A DNA stretch of 64,000 bases from Methanobacteriota archaeon (GCA_030594205.1 JAUVFR010000001.1:71870-135869), one strand, 5' to 3'. Shown: positions 38,007-48,770, counted from the first letter of the stretch. The notes: generated from the sequence alone by a model not told the origin. Translations and numbers: made by a program.

Positions 38007-38444
38007 TCAGGCGGGAAGGGCCTTCCGCATCCGGCAGGCGTCCTCGCCCCAGGAGTAGTATCCCTCCAACAGGCCGTCCGTTTCGTATCCGAGGCGCTCG
38101 TAGAAGGCGATGGCGGCCTCGTTGTGGACGCCGACTTCCAGGAGCATGACGCGAGCCCCCTTGTCTCGCATGAACTCCTCGGCCTGCCGCATGAGTTCCG
38201 CACCGATGCCCTGACGGCGATGACCCGGGAGGACGCCGAGGGAGACGACCCGTCCCACCTCGCCCTCCTGCCGGAGCATGACGGTGCCGACCGGATGCCC
38301 GTCGACATAGTACAGGTAGGTGGACCCCTGGGGGTTCTTCAGGGTCCAGATGATGTGGGCCTTGGAGAATCCGCGCCGCCCGAAACACTTCTTCTCGATC
38401 TTGTAGAGGGCAGGGACGTCGGAGAGGTCCGCCTGGCGGAGCAC
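38007..38444 (-). CDS. RimI/Ard1-like GNAT N-acetyltransferase
   Basis: IEKKCF, HRRQGIG, LEVGVHNEAAIAFYERLGY, YYSWGEDA. Confidence 0.88.
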   Translation of the reverse strand: MLRQADLSDVPALYKIEKKCFGRRGFSKAHIIWTLKNPQGSTYLYYVDGHPVGTVMLRQEGEVGRVVSLGVLPGHRRQGIGAELMRQAEEFMRDKGARVMLLEVGVHNEAAIAFYERLGYETDGLLEGYYSWGEDACRMRKALPA

Positions 38445-38531
38445 GGTGCAGCAATCCGCGCGGGATATTTCAGCGTATCCCGGTTCTCGCACAACGTATA
38501 AGAGCGTCCAATCTGCTGGGAGGGAAGTTCG

Positions 38532-39830
38532 ATGACCGAGCGCGTGCCCATCGGGGACATCCTGCGGGGCGATCGCACGGGCCAGTCGGTGAAAGTGCGC
38601 GGCTGGGTGTACCGCACTCGATCCAGCGGCGGCATCGCCTTTCTCCTCCTCCGGGACGCCACCGGGGTTGTCCAATCGACCTTCCGGAAGGAGGAGGTGG
38701 GGGACACCCTGTTCGCCGCCATCGAGGCGACGGGGCGGGAGGCGGCGGTCGTAATCGAGGGGACGGTGGCCGAAGACAAGCGTGCGCCCGGAGGGTACGA
38801 AGTTCGGGGGTCCGCCTTCGAGGTCGTGGGCCCTTCCGCGAACTTCCCTATCGCCCGGGACCTCAGCGAGGAATTCCTGTTGGACGTCCGTCACCTCTGG
38901 ATTCGCTCCCGGCGCATGACGTCCGTTTTCAAGGTCCGCTCGACCGTCTTCCGGGCCATCCACGACTACTTTCGGGAGGAGGGGTTCTACGAGGTCCAGG
39001 CCCCCATCATTACGCCCGTGGGGAGCGAGGGCGGCTCGAGTCTCTTCCAGGTCCGCTACTTCGATCGGGATCTCCACCTGACCCAGAGTTGGCAGCTGTA
39101 CGCGGAGGCCCTGGTCATGGCCCTCGAGCGCATCTACACGATCGCCCCCTCCTTCCGCGCCGAGAAGTCGCGGACCCCACGCCACCTGACGGAGTACTGG
39201 CACGCGGAGATGGAAGTGGCCTGGGAGGGGATGGAGGAAGCCCTGAGGCACGGGGAGGGGGTCATCACCCGGGCTGCCCAGGAGGTGGCGGCCCGCAACG
39301 AGGCGGAGCTGGCCTACCTCGGGCGGGACGCGGACTATCTGCGCAGCATCCGACCGCCCTTCCCGCAGATCACCTACGATGAGGCCCTAGAGCGGCTGCA
39401 GGGCCAGGGTGTGGAGATCGAGTGGGGGAAAGACCTTCGGACGCTCGAGGAGCGGGCCCTCGGGGAGATGTTTGACCTACCCGTAATCGTAACTCACTAC
39501 CCGAAGGAAACCCAGGCCTTCTACAAGCGCACGGACCCGGAGGATCCCGATCTCGTCTTGGCCTTCGACTTCATCGCGCCCGGACGCGGCGGGGAGCTCA
39601 TCGGCGGTTCCGAGCGGGAGCCCGACCTAGAAGTGCTGAAGGCGAACCTCGTACGGACGGGAGAGGACCCGAAAGCCTATGACTGGTACCTGGACACCCG
39701 TCGCTACGGCTCCGTGCCCCACTCCGGCTTCGGCATGGGAGTGGATCGGCTCGTGCAGTGGGTGTGCGACCTCGAACACATCCGGGATGCCATTCCGTTC
39801 CCCCGAACGCCGACGCGGTACGCGCCGTGA
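38532..39830 (+). CDS. asnS: Asparagine--tRNA ligase
   Basis: OB fold VRGWVYR; LTQSWQLY, FRAEKSRTPRHLTEYW, GGSERE, PHSGFGMGVDR. Confidence 0.9.
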   Translation: MTERVPIGDILRGDRTGQSVKVRGWVYRTRSSGGIAFLLLRDATGVVQSTFRKEEVGDTLFAAIEATGREAAVVIEGTVAEDKRAPGGYEVRGSAFEVVGPSANFPIARDLSEEFLLDVRHLWIRSRRMTSVFKVRSTVFRAIHDYFREEGFYEVQAPIITPVGSEGGSSLFQVRYFDRDLHLTQSWQLYAEALVMALERIYTIAPSFRAEKSRTPRHLTEYWHAEMEVAWEGMEEALRHGEGVITRAAQEVAARNEAELAYLGRDADYLRSIRPPFPQITYDEALERLQGQGVEIEWGKDLRTLEERALGEMFDLPVIVTHYPKETQAFYKRTDPEDPDLVLAFDFIAPGRGGELIGGSEREPDLEVLKANLVRTGEDPKAYDWYLDTRRYGSVPHSGFGMGVDRLVQWVCDLEHIRDAIPFPRTPTRYAP

Positions 39831-39841
39831 CCCGGTGTGAC

Positions 39842-41008
39842 CTAGGCCTCCGCTCTCTCGAGCTCTCCCAGTAACTCGTGGGCAATGATCATCTTCTGGA
39901 TCTCGTTCGTCCCCTCGTAGATGCCCAGGATCTTCGCATCCCGGAAGTGCCGCTCCACCGGGTACTCGCCGGAGAAGCCGTACCCCCCGTAGATCTGTAC
40001 GGCTCGGTCGGCGCATCGGACGGCCATCTGGGCCCCGAAGAGCTTTGCCAGGCTCACCGCGAGGCGGTTGTCCTCGCCCTGGTCACGCAACCAGGCCGCC
40101 TTCAGATAGAGGAGCCGGGCCGCCTCCACCTCGACGGCCATCTCTGCGATCATCTCCCGGATCAGTTGGAATGCGCCAATCGGTCGGTCGAACGCCCGCC
40201 GTTCTCGGGCGTGCTCGAGGCTGAGCTCGAGGCAAGCCTGCCCAATTCCCACGGCCCCCGCCGCCACCCCGAGGCGTCCATGGTTCAGGACGTACATGGC
40301 CGTTTCCCACCCCTCCCCTTGTCTCCCGATGAGGTGGTCGGCGGGAATGCGACAGTCGTCAAAGGCGAGGTCCGCCGTCGGGGAGGCGCGCAGTCCGAGT
40401 TTCGTGTTCGTCTCCACGTTCGTGACGTGGAAGCCGGGCGTTCCCTGTTTTACGAGGAATGCGGAGATGCCGTCCTGACGCGCGGTGCCCGGCTCCCGGG
40501 CGAACACGACGACGTACTCGGCCAGGTTGCCGTTGCTGATGAACCGCTTGGCGCCGTTGAGGACCCACTCGTCCCCCTCTCGCTTGGCGGTGGTCCGCAG
40601 GTTGGCCGCGTCGGACCCGGCATCGGGCTCTGTGAGGGCCCACGCCCCTAGGAACTCCCCGCGCGCCAAGGGGGCAAGGATCGTCTTCTTCTGCGCCTCC
40701 GTCCCGGCGGCCAGGAGGGTCGTTCCGGCCAAGGAGGTCTGAACGGAGAGGGTGGTCCGTAGCGAGTTGCATCCTCGCGCGATCTCCTCCACCACCAAGG
40801 CAAAGCTCACGTAATCGAGGCCCGCACCTCCGTAGTCCTCGGGAATGGGAATGCCGAAGAAGCCGAGATCGGCCATCTTCTCGGTCACGGTCTGGGGGAT
40901 CGCCCCCTTCTCCTCCCACGCCTTCACGTGGGGGATGACCTCCTTGTCGACAAACGAGCGTGCCGTCTCCCGAATCAGTTTCTGCGCTTCGGAGAGCTGG
41001 AACTCCAC
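39842..41008 (-). CDS. Acyl-CoA dehydrogenase
   Basis: ALTEPDAGSD, GAKRFISNG, GRLGVAA, QIYGGYG, IYEGTNEIQ. Confidence 0.95.
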   Translation of the reverse strand: MEFQLSEAQKLIRETARSFVDKEVIPHVKAWEEKGAIPQTVTEKMADLGFFGIPIPEDYGGAGLDYVSFALVVEEIARGCNSLRTTLSVQTSLAGTTLLAAGTEAQKKTILAPLARGEFLGAWALTEPDAGSDAANLRTTAKREGDEWVLNGAKRFISNGNLAEYVVVFAREPGTARQDGISAFLVKQGTPGFHVTNVETNTKLGLRASPTADLAFDDCRIPADHLIGRQGEGWETAMYVLNHGRLGVAAGAVGIGQACLELSLEHARERRAFDRPIGAFQLIREMIAEMAVEVEAARLLYLKAAWLRDQGEDNRLAVSLAKLFGAQMAVRCADRAVQIYGGYGFSGEYPVERHFRDAKILGIYEGTNEIQKMIIAHELLGELERAEA

Positions 41009-41112
41009 GCCCTCACCCGTTCCGCCTACGGGGGGCCGCTTCCTTAAAGGCTTCTCAGGCCACCGTCGGCACCGGCAAGGGCTTATCTCGGCGAGTGGTC
41101 CGACCCGAAGCT

Positions 41113-41619
41113 GTGCAACTCTCCGACGCCGACGTCCGGGTCTGGATGATGGATGGGAAACTCCAGATCAAGGGGTTCCGCGACGGAAACCTGACCCCCA
41201 ACGGCTACGATCTCACGGTCGCCGAGCTCGCTCTCCCCGACGCCGACACTTCGAAGACGGAGGGTTCCCTCGAGATCCCTCCCAAGACCCGGTTTCTCGT
41301 TAGTACGGAGGAGGAGGTCCACCTGGGCCCACGCGTCGCGGGCGACCTCTGGCTTCGCACGACCTGGGCCCGTCAGGGGGTCCTCCCCGCCTTCGGGAAG
41401 GTGGATGCGGGGTTTGAGGGCACCCTCACCCTCTCGGCCTACAACGCCTCGGAACGGCCGCTCGAGATTGCCGTGGGCGACACCTTTGCGCAACTCACCT
41501 TCCACGAGGTGCGTTCGTTGCCCGAAGCCACGTACGCCGAGAGTTCCGGCACGTACCAGGGGCAATCCGGGGTCACGCCGGCCCGATCACCAGATCGAAA
41601 GCGAAGTGGGCCTGAGTAG
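41113..41619 (+). CDS. dcd: dCTP deaminase / dUTPase family
   Basis: LSDAD, TPNGYDL, LRTTWARQG, VDAGFEGTLTL, GTYQGQ. Confidence 0.85.
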   Translation: MQLSDADVRVWMMDGKLQIKGFRDGNLTPNGYDLTVAELALPDADTSKTEGSLEIPPKTRFLVSTEEEVHLGPRVAGDLWLRTTWARQGVLPAFGKVDAGFEGTLTLSAYNASERPLEIAVGDTFAQLTFHEVRSLPEATYAESSGTYQGQSGVTPARSPDRKRSGPE

Positions 41620-42577
41620 GCGAGTATCCCCGGACCTCCCGAACGCCGTCCACCTCCAGACTCCGGTCCTCGGGGATGCTCGCCCGCAACGTCTCGATCC
41701 GCTCCTCGCGCTCCGCGCGTTCCAGGATCTCGTAGTAGTGGAGGACTCCTCCGTCCTTGAGGGCGCCCACGGAGAGGGGCACGTAGGGAAGAGGGTCCCA
41801 AGGATAGTCAAGGATGAACCGATCCGCCGGCTCGAACTGGGGAACGACGTCCTCAATGGATCCCTCCAACGGGATTACGGCGTCCGCCCGATTGCGGCGG
41901 ACGTTCTCTCGGAGGAATGCCACGGCTCGAGGATTCGCGTCCACGGCGTAGACCCGACCGGCCCCCGCCTGGTCGGCGTGGAGGGCAAAGGGGCCCACGC
42001 CACTGAAGGCGTCCACCACCACTTCCGGGCCTCGGATGAGTCCAGCGACCCGACGCCGCTCGGACGCCACCCGGGGAGAGAAATGAACCTCGGCCGGGTC
42101 CAGCGCGAGGGCTAGGCCGAATTCGTGGTGGAGGGTCCGGGTCTCCCTTCGGCCCGCGATGACCCGAAGAGCGCGCTCTCGGTACGAACCTTGTACCCCC
42201 TCGTCCGCGGCGACGGTCCTCGCCCCGCGATGCATCTGCAGGAACGCGTCCCCGATCGCGGCTTCATAAGGTCGGAGCGCCTCCGGCAGCCGAACGATGA
42301 CCACTTCGCCCACCACGTCGAATGCGCGCGGGAGAAGGGGTCGCAGGTCCTCTGGCACGCGTACGAGGTCCCGATACGTCCGCGGTCGGCTCGCGCGTAC
42401 GTCGAGGTTCACCGATTCGATGGGGTAGCCGAGGGGCTTTTCCTGGGTGACGGGGATAAGCAGTTCTCCGTTCCGCTCGACGATCTTTCGATCCAGCCGG
42501 AGCACCCCGGCCTCTCTGAACCGACGACGCGCCGCTTCGCCCTCCTCCTTGGGCACGACCGCGACGTAGGAAGCCAC
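41573..42577 (-). CDS. Trm5/Taw2-family tRNA methyltransferase (Met-10+)
   Basis: FDVVGE, HFSPR..ERRR, DAFSGVGPFA, DANP, LHYY. Confidence 0.85.
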   Translation of the reverse strand: MASYVAVVPKEEGEAARRRFREAGVLRLDRKIVERNGELLIPVTQEKPLGYPIESVNLDVRASRPRTYRDLVRVPEDLRPLLPRAFDVVGEVVIVRLPEALRPYEAAIGDAFLQMHRGARTVAADEGVQGSYRERALRVIAGRRETRTLHHEFGLALALDPAEVHFSPRVASERRRVAGLIRGPEVVVDAFSGVGPFALHADQAGAGRVYAVDANPRAVAFLRENVRRNRADAVIPLEGSIEDVVPQFEPADRFILDYPWDPLPYVPLSVGALKDGGVLHYYEILERAEREERIETLRASIPEDRSLEVDGVREVRGYSPTQAHFAFDLVIGPA

Positions 42578-42681
42578 GGGCTCCGCATGGCGCCGCGGGG
42601 CCTAAGGGTTCCGTGAGGACCGCGAGCCCGTTCCGGATAAAGCCTTATACACCCTCATCGAGTTGGCCCCTCGGAGAATCC

Positions 42682-43260
42682 GTGGCGGGAGTCCTTCGAA
42701 CTTCTTGGAAGGCCCTCCTCGCGCAGGCCTTTCGCCGGTACTTCGTCAACACCGTCTTCGATTCCACGTTCGTCTCGATGGGGATCGTCGTCGCGTCGGC
42801 CCTGGTTCCCGACTCGAGCGTGGGGACCGTAGTCGGCACGATGTTCGCCGTCAGCCTGGCCCTCGGGATCTCCACGGGCACCAGCGTGTACGAGGCGGAG
42901 AAGGTGGAAGCGGAAATCCGGCTCCGCGAACTGGAGCGCGCTATGCTCACGCCCCTAGACGGGACGGAAGCAACGCGCGTGCTGGATGTCTCCCGATACA
43001 TCGTCGTCACGGTCAACGCCGTGGCCCCCCTGGCCGTCTTCGTTGCGACCGCTTCCCCCTTCTTTCTCTCCTCCTCCCTGACCATTCTCGGGATTCCCAC
43101 CGCTTTTTTCTCCGTGGCCATCGCCATGGTGGTGCTCTTCCTGGTCGGCACCTATCTCGGGCGGCTTACGGGTCGGCCGGCCTGGCTCAAGGGGTTGCGC
43201 ATGGCCGTCATTGGGATCGCGACTTTCGGGGCCATCTGGATCATCCAGGGCCTCTTCTAG
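42682..43260 (+). CDS. VIT1/CCC1-like membrane protein
   Basis: RRYFVNTVFD, SVYEAEKVE..ELERAML, about 5 TM segments. Confidence 0.75.
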   Translation: MAGVLRTSWKALLAQAFRRYFVNTVFDSTFVSMGIVVASALVPDSSVGTVVGTMFAVSLALGISTGTSVYEAEKVEAEIRLRELERAMLTPLDGTEATRVLDVSRYIVVTVNAVAPLAVFVATASPFFLSSSLTILGIPTAFFSVAIAMVVLFLVGTYLGRLTGRPAWLKGLRMAVIGIATFGAIWIIQGLF

Positions 43261-43268
43261 GGAGGCCC

Positions 43269-44066
43269 ATGGGCGCGCTCGTCTTCATTGGCCTCGGCCT
43301 CCACGACGAACGGGACATCACCGTGCGGGCCCGTGGTGAGGCGCGCCGCTGCGAGCGGCTGTTCGCGGAGTTCTACACGTCCCGCCTGATGGGGTCCTCT
43401 GTCCGGGATCTTGAGTCGACCCTTCATCAGGAGATCCGCGTGCTGACCCGGGAGGAGGTGGAGGAGGGGCGCCTGGTCCTGGAGGCCGCAAAGAATGGGA
43501 ATGTGGGCTTCCTGGTCGCGGGCGACCCGATGGCCGCCACGACCCATGTGGATCTCCGCCTTCGCGCCCATCGCCTTGGGATTGCGACCCGCGTCGTTCC
43601 CGGTGTTTCGGCGCTCACCGCCGCCGCCGGCGCCCTGGGCCTGCAGCACTACAAGTTCGGGCGCACCACGACCCTCCCTATCCGAGAGGCGGGCTTCGCC
43701 CCTACGAGCCCCTACGACGTGGTCGAGGCCAACCGGACCGCCGGCCTACACACCTTGACCCTCTTGGACCTGAAGGAGGACCGGTTCCTGACGCCGCGGG
43801 AGGGTCTCGCGTATCTGCTGGAGATGGAGGACCGGTTTGCTCGAGGGGTCCTCGGCCCGGATACAGTGGCCTGCATTGCGGGGGCCTTGGGGTCCCCCAC
43901 GCCCACCCTCCGGGCGGATCGCCTGGAAAGGCTGCTGGGGGCCGACCCGGGTCCGCCCCTCCACGTGCTCGTTATCCCCGGGCCGCTCCACTTCCTCGAG
44001 GTGGAGGCCCTCGTGGCCTTCGCTGGTCTCCCCGAGGCGGTGGCGGAAGAGATCAATCCGCCCTGA
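43269..44066 (+). CDS. dph5: Diphthine synthase
   Basis: FIGLGL, EFYTS, GDPMAATTH, YKFGRTTT, GLHTLTLLD, LHFLE. Confidence 0.94.
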   Translation: MGALVFIGLGLHDERDITVRARGEARRCERLFAEFYTSRLMGSSVRDLESTLHQEIRVLTREEVEEGRLVLEAAKNGNVGFLVAGDPMAATTHVDLRLRAHRLGIATRVVPGVSALTAAAGALGLQHYKFGRTTTLPIREAGFAPTSPYDVVEANRTAGLHTLTLLDLKEDRFLTPREGLAYLLEMEDRFARGVLGPDTVACIAGALGSPTPTLRADRLERLLGADPGPPLHVLVIPGPLHFLEVEALVAFAGLPEAVAEEINPP

Positions 44067-44799
44067 GGTTGTCGGCATCCCAACGAAGGAGGGTGACGGT
44101 CTTCTCGAGGTGGAGGGTGTCCTCGGGGAACGCTTCGCGGGCGGCCCGCACTGCTTCACGGTGAAGATCCTCCGGGGTTTCCCATTGGCCAGAGTAGATC
44201 CGGTTTTCCAAGGCGTCAAGGGAGTCTTCCGTCCGGCGTTCCTCGGAGAAGGTCCCCACGAGCGTGCGTCGCCGCGGGGGCAGACGGTCCGGGAGGTCGC
44301 GCTCGAAAACGCCCCTCTGCGGTCGCTCGTATCCCGAATCCCGGATGAAGTCCCAATACACCCGATACGGCGATCGACCTTGCGTCCAAGTGGTCGCCAC
44401 GGTGAAGTAGCTCTCTCGGATCACACGGCGGATCTCCGCCAGCGCTGCCTTCCAATCGGACAGCAGGTGAAGGACGTGGACGGAGAGGGCCGCCTCAAAG
44501 GCGGCGTCCCGGAAGGGAAGCGTCAGCGCGTCCCCCAGGAGAACGTCGCGAAGCCCCTTGTCCCGTCCTCGCGCGATCATACGAGGGGCGATGTCCACGC
44601 CGACAAGAGGGATGCCCCGTCGTTGCAGGGGAATCCCGAAACGCCCCGTTCCTACCCCCACTTCCAGGACCCGGTCGTAGGCAGAGAGGGCGTCGACGAG
44701 GGCGTCCGCGATCGGCTCCATCTGGGAAGGGGGCAGGGTCCGCGTTTCATCGTAGCAGTGGGCAATCCGGTCGAAACTGACGCGCTGCGGAGCCGACAC
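44053..44799 (-). CDS. Class I SAM-dependent methyltransferase
   Basis: SFDRIA..YD, VLEVGVGTGR, GVDIA, DALTLPF, HVLHL. Confidence 0.88.
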   Translation of the reverse strand: MSAPQRVSFDRIAHCYDETRTLPPSQMEPIADALVDALSAYDRVLEVGVGTGRFGIPLQRRGIPLVGVDIAPRMIARGRDKGLRDVLLGDALTLPFRDAAFEAALSVHVLHLLSDWKAALAEIRRVIRESYFTVATTWTQGRSPYRVYWDFIRDSGYERPQRGVFERDLPDRLPPRRRTLVGTFSEERRTEDSLDALENRIYSGQWETPEDLHREAVRAAREAFPEDTLHLEKTVTLLRWDADNLRAD

Positions 44800-44864
44800 G
44801 GATTCGATTAGACAAGCTCGCGCTTTTAACCTGCGTGAGCCGGGGTAGTTTCACCCAACCCCCT

Positions 44865-44880
44865 GAAATACCCTTATATC
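44865..44880 (+). promoter_or_regulatory. BRE/TATA-like promoter of radA
   Basis: GAAATACC-CTTATAT about 35 nt upstream of the ATG. Confidence 0.55.
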
Positions 44881-44914
44881 GACCTCAACCCTACTCAGAG
44901 GGACGGTAGTTGAC

Positions 44915-45862
44915 ATGGCCGCAACCACAACGACCATTGAAGAGCTGCCGGGGGTTGGACCGGCCACAGCCGATAAACTGAAGGAGGCCGGCTTCAACGA
45001 CCTGATGGCGCTTGCGGTTGCTTCCCCGCAGAGCCTGGCCGACGTCGCCGAGATTGGTAACTCCGCGGCGCAGAAGATCGTCCTCGCGGCCCGAGAGGTC
45101 GTCGACATCGGCGGCTTCGAGACCGGGGACGTTCTCCTCGAACGGCGGAAGTCCGTCAACAAGGTCACGACCGGTTCGAAGGGCTTGGATTCGCTGTTGG
45201 GGGGCGGCGTCGAGACCCAGGCTATCACAGAAGTTTTCGGCGCTTACGGGTCGGGAAAGACACAGCTGGGCCACCAGCTAGCCGTCAACGCGACGCTGCC
45301 GGTGGACCAGGGAGGCCTGGGCGGGGAGACGGTCTGGATCGACACGGAATCGACCTTCCGGCCGGAACGGATCGTCCAAATGTCCCTGGATCAGGAGCTG
45401 GATCCCGAAGCGATCCTCCAGAAGATTCACGTGGCCCGGGCCTTCAATTCCCATCACCAGATGCTTCTCGTGGAGAAGGCCAACGAGCTCGCCCAGACGG
45501 ACACGATTCGTCTCTTCGTCGTGGACTCCATGACCTCGCATTTCCGGGCCGAATACGTGGGTCGGGGCGTGTTGGCGGAGCGACAGCAGCTCCTGAACCG
45601 CCACATCCACGACATCATGCGATTCGGCGACGTCAACAACGCAGCCATTTTCGTGACCAACCAAGTCATGGCCAAGCCGGACGCCTTTTTCGGGGACCCG
45701 ACCCGACCCATCGGGGGACACGTAGTCGCCCATGCCAGCACCTTTCGCATCTACCTGCGTAAGAGCAAGGGGGAGCGACGAATCGCGCGCCTCATCGATT
45801 CCCCCAACCTGCCGGAGGCGGAGGCGATCTTCACCATCACCGAGCCTGGCATCCGGGACTAG
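44915..45862 (+). CDS. radA: DNA repair and recombination protein RadA
   Basis: Hh[51 protein letters not shown]. Confidence 0.97.
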   Translation: MAATTTTIEELPGVGPATADKLKEAGFNDLMALAVASPQSLADVAEIGNSAAQKIVLAAREVVDIGGFETGDVLLERRKSVNKVTTGSKGLDSLLGGGVETQAITEVFGAYGSGKTQLGHQLAVNATLPVDQGGLGGETVWIDTESTFRPERIVQMSLDQELDPEAILQKIHVARAFNSHHQMLLVEKANELAQTDTIRLFVVDSMTSHFRAEYVGRGVLAERQQLLNRHIHDIMRFGDVNNAAIFVTNQVMAKPDAFFGDPTRPIGGHVVAHASTFRIYLRKSKGERRIARLIDSPNLPEAEAIFTITEPGIRD

Positions 45863-45886
45863 GCCTCTCCGCGAGGGTATCGTGCG

Positions 45887-46537
45887 GTGGAGATCCACAG
45901 AATCGTCGACCCCTCCTTCGATGTAAACCTCTACCTCGTCCTTGGACGGGAGGAGGCGATCCTCGTGGACGCGGGCACGGGCCATCGCTCGGACCTGGTG
46001 GCAGGCGAGATCGAAGCACACCTGGAGGGACGGCCGCTCCAACAGCTGGTCCTGACACACCGGCACTTCGACCACGTCGGGGGCACCAACGATCTTGTGG
46101 CGCGCTACGCCGTCACCCCGCGCGTCTCGGCGGAGGACGCCTCCCCGATCGTCGAAGGCGACGCCCGCAGTACGGGAGCGGCCTTCTTCGGGGGCACTCT
46201 CGAGCCTGCGGTGGTCGAAGTCATCGCGGAGGGCGACAAGATCGACGTGGGAGGGGGAAGCCTGGAAGTGCTCTCCACGCCGGGCCACACGGTGGGAAGC
46301 ATCTGCCTCCGGGGGGACGACGGTTCCCTCTTCACCGGGGACACCGTGTTCCCGCATGGGGGCGTGGGCCGATGGGACTTCGAAACGGGAAACTTCGACC
46401 AGCTGTTCGCCTCCATCAGGCGCTTGAACGCCCTGGGAGTGCGCGATCTCTACCCGGGTCACGGTGTTCCAGTCCAGGACGAGGCATCGGAGCACCTTGC
46501 CTGGGCCCTCGCGACGCTGGAGGGGTACGGGGGATGA
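45887..46537 (+). CDS. MBL-fold metallo-hydrolase
   Basis: THRHFDHVGG, TPGHT, FTGD, YPGHG. Confidence 0.92.
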   Translation: MEIHRIVDPSFDVNLYLVLGREEAILVDAGTGHRSDLVAGEIEAHLEGRPLQQLVLTHRHFDHVGGTNDLVARYAVTPRVSAEDASPIVEGDARSTGAAFFGGTLEPAVVEVIAEGDKIDVGGGSLEVLSTPGHTVGSICLRGDDGSLFTGDTVFPHGGVGRWDFETGNFDQLFASIRRLNALGVRDLYPGHGVPVQDEASEHLAWALATLEGYGG

Positions 46538-47181
46538 CACCAGACGCCCCTCGAATCTCGAGAGCGCATCGAGTTGGTGAGGATTGGGTCCTTCACGAGG
46601 AGGACCTGATGGAGGCCGTCGACCTGCTGAAGGGAGGGGCCCTCGTCGTGTACCCTACCGACACGCTGTACGGCCTCGGCGCGGACCCGTACGACGATGC
46701 GGCCGTGCGGCGTCTCTACCGGGTGAAGCGACGTCCTAGGAGCGAACCGGTCTCCTTGGTCGTCGCGGACATGGCGGAGGCGGAGCGTCTCGCCCACCTC
46801 GTCGGACCGAGTAGGCGGCTCTGGAAGGCCTTCTTGCCGGGGCCGCTGACGCTCCTGCTTCCGACGAAGCCGGAGGCTCCACCCCCTCCCGTGACGCGCG
46901 ACGGGGTCGTCGGTCTGCGGTGCCCCAATCAGGCGATCCCTCGCGCCCTCGCCGACGAGTTTGGACCGATCACCACGACGAGTGCCAATCGCCACGGCGC
47001 GCCGGCACCCCGTCACGCGGAGGAGGCCGTGGCCCAGTTCGGGACGGAGGTGGATCTCTACATCGACGCCGGACCCTCGCCCTATGGCCTTCCGTCCACG
47101 GTCGTCGATCTTTCGGTGGACCCGCCAACGGTTAAGAGGGAAGGGGCCCTGACGCCGGACGAGCTGAACCTCCATGGATGA
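46534..47181 (+). CDS. L-threonylcarbamoyladenylate synthase (TsaC/YrdC domain)
   Basis: YPTDTLYGL, KRR, PGPLT, TTSAN, PSTVVD. Confidence 0.92.
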   Translation: MTPDAPRISRAHRVGEDWVLHEEDLMEAVDLLKGGALVVYPTDTLYGLGADPYDDAAVRRLYRVKRRPRSEPVSLVVADMAEAERLAHLVGPSRRLWKAFLPGPLTLLLPTKPEAPPPPVTRDGVVGLRCPNQAIPRALADEFGPITTTSANRHGAPAPRHAEEAVAQFGTEVDLYIDAGPSPYGLPSTVVDLSVDPPTVKREGALTPDELNLHG

Positions 47182-48082
47182 GGAGGCCCTCGCGAAGATC
47201 CGGCAGGCAGGCCGAATCGGACGTCGGGCCTTGGAGGACGGCCTCAACCTCATCCGGGAAGGGGCATCCCTCCTGGAGGTCGCGGAGAAGACGGAGGCGA
47301 GCATTCTTGACGCGGGGGCGTTGCCCGGCTTCCCTGTGAACATCTCCCGCAACGAGCAAGCGGCCCACTTCACCCCGCGGCACAACGACGGCGATCTCAC
47401 GTTCTCCCGAGGCGATCTCGTCAAACTGGACGTCGGCGTCCATGTAGACGGCTATCTGGCGGACAACGCCCGGACGAAGGAGGTGGGGACAAGGAACTGG
47501 ACCAAACTCATTCGCGCCGTGGACGAGGCCGTGGTTGCGGCTGCTGAGATTCTGCGCCCCGGAACGCCCATGCGCCTTGTCGGGGCCACGATTGAGCGGA
47601 CCATCCGGGCCCACGGTTTCCGACCGATTGAGAACCTCTCGGGGCACAAGATGGAGCCCTATCTACTCCACGGCCCCAAGAGCGTGCCCAACGTGGAGGC
47701 GTTGCGAGGGGAGCGTGCCCAGCAGACGGCGGAGGCGGGCGAGGCGTATGCCATCGAACCCTTTGCCACGAACGGTGCGGGGCGGGTGACCGGGGGAAAG
47801 AGCAGCAACATCTATCGGATCGCCAAGGAGGGGCGCAGCGGCGTGCCCGAGGCGGACGCGCTCATGGAGAAGGTCTACGCGGACTTCCGGACGCTCCCCT
47901 TCTCTGAGAGGTGGGCGCATCGGATCGACCCCAAGGCCCCCCTTCACCTCCGCCGTCTCCTGCGGAAGGGCCTCATCTCAGGCTACCCGATCCTGGTCGA
48001 AGCGGGCAACGGGATGGTGAGCCAGAGCGAGAACACCGTGGTGGTCGCCGAGGCGGGGACCGAGGTGACCACGGTCCTGTAG
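47174..48082 (+). CDS. map: Methionine aminopeptidase type II
   Basis: FPVNIS, AAHFTP, DVGVHVDG..AD, LSGH, AIEPFAT. Confidence 0.94.
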   Translation: MDEEALAKIRQAGRIGRRALEDGLNLIREGASLLEVAEKTEASILDAGALPGFPVNISRNEQAAHFTPRHNDGDLTFSRGDLVKLDVGVHVDGYLADNARTKEVGTRNWTKLIRAVDEAVVAAAEILRPGTPMRLVGATIERTIRAHGFRPIENLSGHKMEPYLLHGPKSVPNVEALRGERAQQTAEAGEAYAIEPFATNGAGRVTGGKSSNIYRIAKEGRSGVPEADALMEKVYADFRTLPFSERWAHRIDPKAPLHLRRLLRKGLISGYPILVEAGNGMVSQSENTVVVAEAGTEVTTVL

Positions 48083-48161
48083 TTGCGGATTCGAGGAACA
48101 GCAGCGCAAGGTTTATGAGTCCCCCTCCGCATGGAATGAATTCCTTATCGGGGAAGGCGCG

Positions 48162-48452
48162 TTGAGCGAAATCAAACGAATCGTTCTTGACGTTCTGAAG
48201 CCGCACCAACCCTCGTTAATCGAGCTCTCTCGGTCCCTCGCGACCCTGGATGGGGTCTTGGGCGTGAACTGCGTCCTGGACGAGGTGGACCAGGAGACGG
48301 AGAGCGTCAAGATCACCATCGAGGGGACGAACATCGACTATGCCCTCGTGGAGGCGGTGATCCGGGAAAGCGGGGCCGTGGTCCACTCCGTGGACAGCGT
48401 GTCCTCGGGTCGCAAGATCGTGGAAGAAGTCAAGACCCCTCAGGACCTCTGA
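48162..48452 (+). CDS. DUF211 family protein
   Basis: IKRIVLDVLKPH.P, EVDQET, GAVVHSVD. Confidence 0.85.
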   Translation: MSEIKRIVLDVLKPHQPSLIELSRSLATLDGVLGVNCVLDEVDQETESVKITIEGTNIDYALVEAVIRESGAVVHSVDSVSSGRKIVEEVKTPQDL

Positions 48453-48730
48453 GCCTTCAGCTCCTTGGCGACCGCGTGGAGGATGGCCGTCTTAGTGCCT
48501 CCTCCCACGATGAGGATGCGTCCCTCCCTCTTCGCAGGCCGCCTAGGATGCGCGGCGTGGGGTTCGGCCTCCACACGATAATCTCGTCGGCGGGCGGCCT
48601 CTACGAGTTCTTCGAGGGTGGGATCCCGCACGGCAAGTTTCGTCGGGACCCTTCTTCCTTCATGGCGGGAGGCCGTGGCGTCGAAGTACAAAGGGTAGAG
48701 AACGACAATCCGGTCGCCCCGAGATACCAC
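48440..48730 (-). CDS. srp19: Signal recognition particle 19 kDa protein
   Basis: LYPLYFDA..SR.EGRRVP..LAV..P; HPR; GRI. Confidence 0.9.
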   Translation of the reverse strand: MVSRGDRIVVLYPLYFDATASRHEGRRVPTKLAVRDPTLEELVEAARRRDYRVEAEPHAAHPRRPAKREGRILIVGGGTKTAILHAVAKELKAQRS

Positions 48731-48770
48731 GCGGGTCTTAGGACGGGTGCGGTAAAAAGGGTGTCGCGGC

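Noticed and set aside
42682-48452. VIT-like and DUF211 genes, often neighbours in archaea, are ~5 kb apart here
   Set aside because: Ordinary rearrangement with no mobile-element signature
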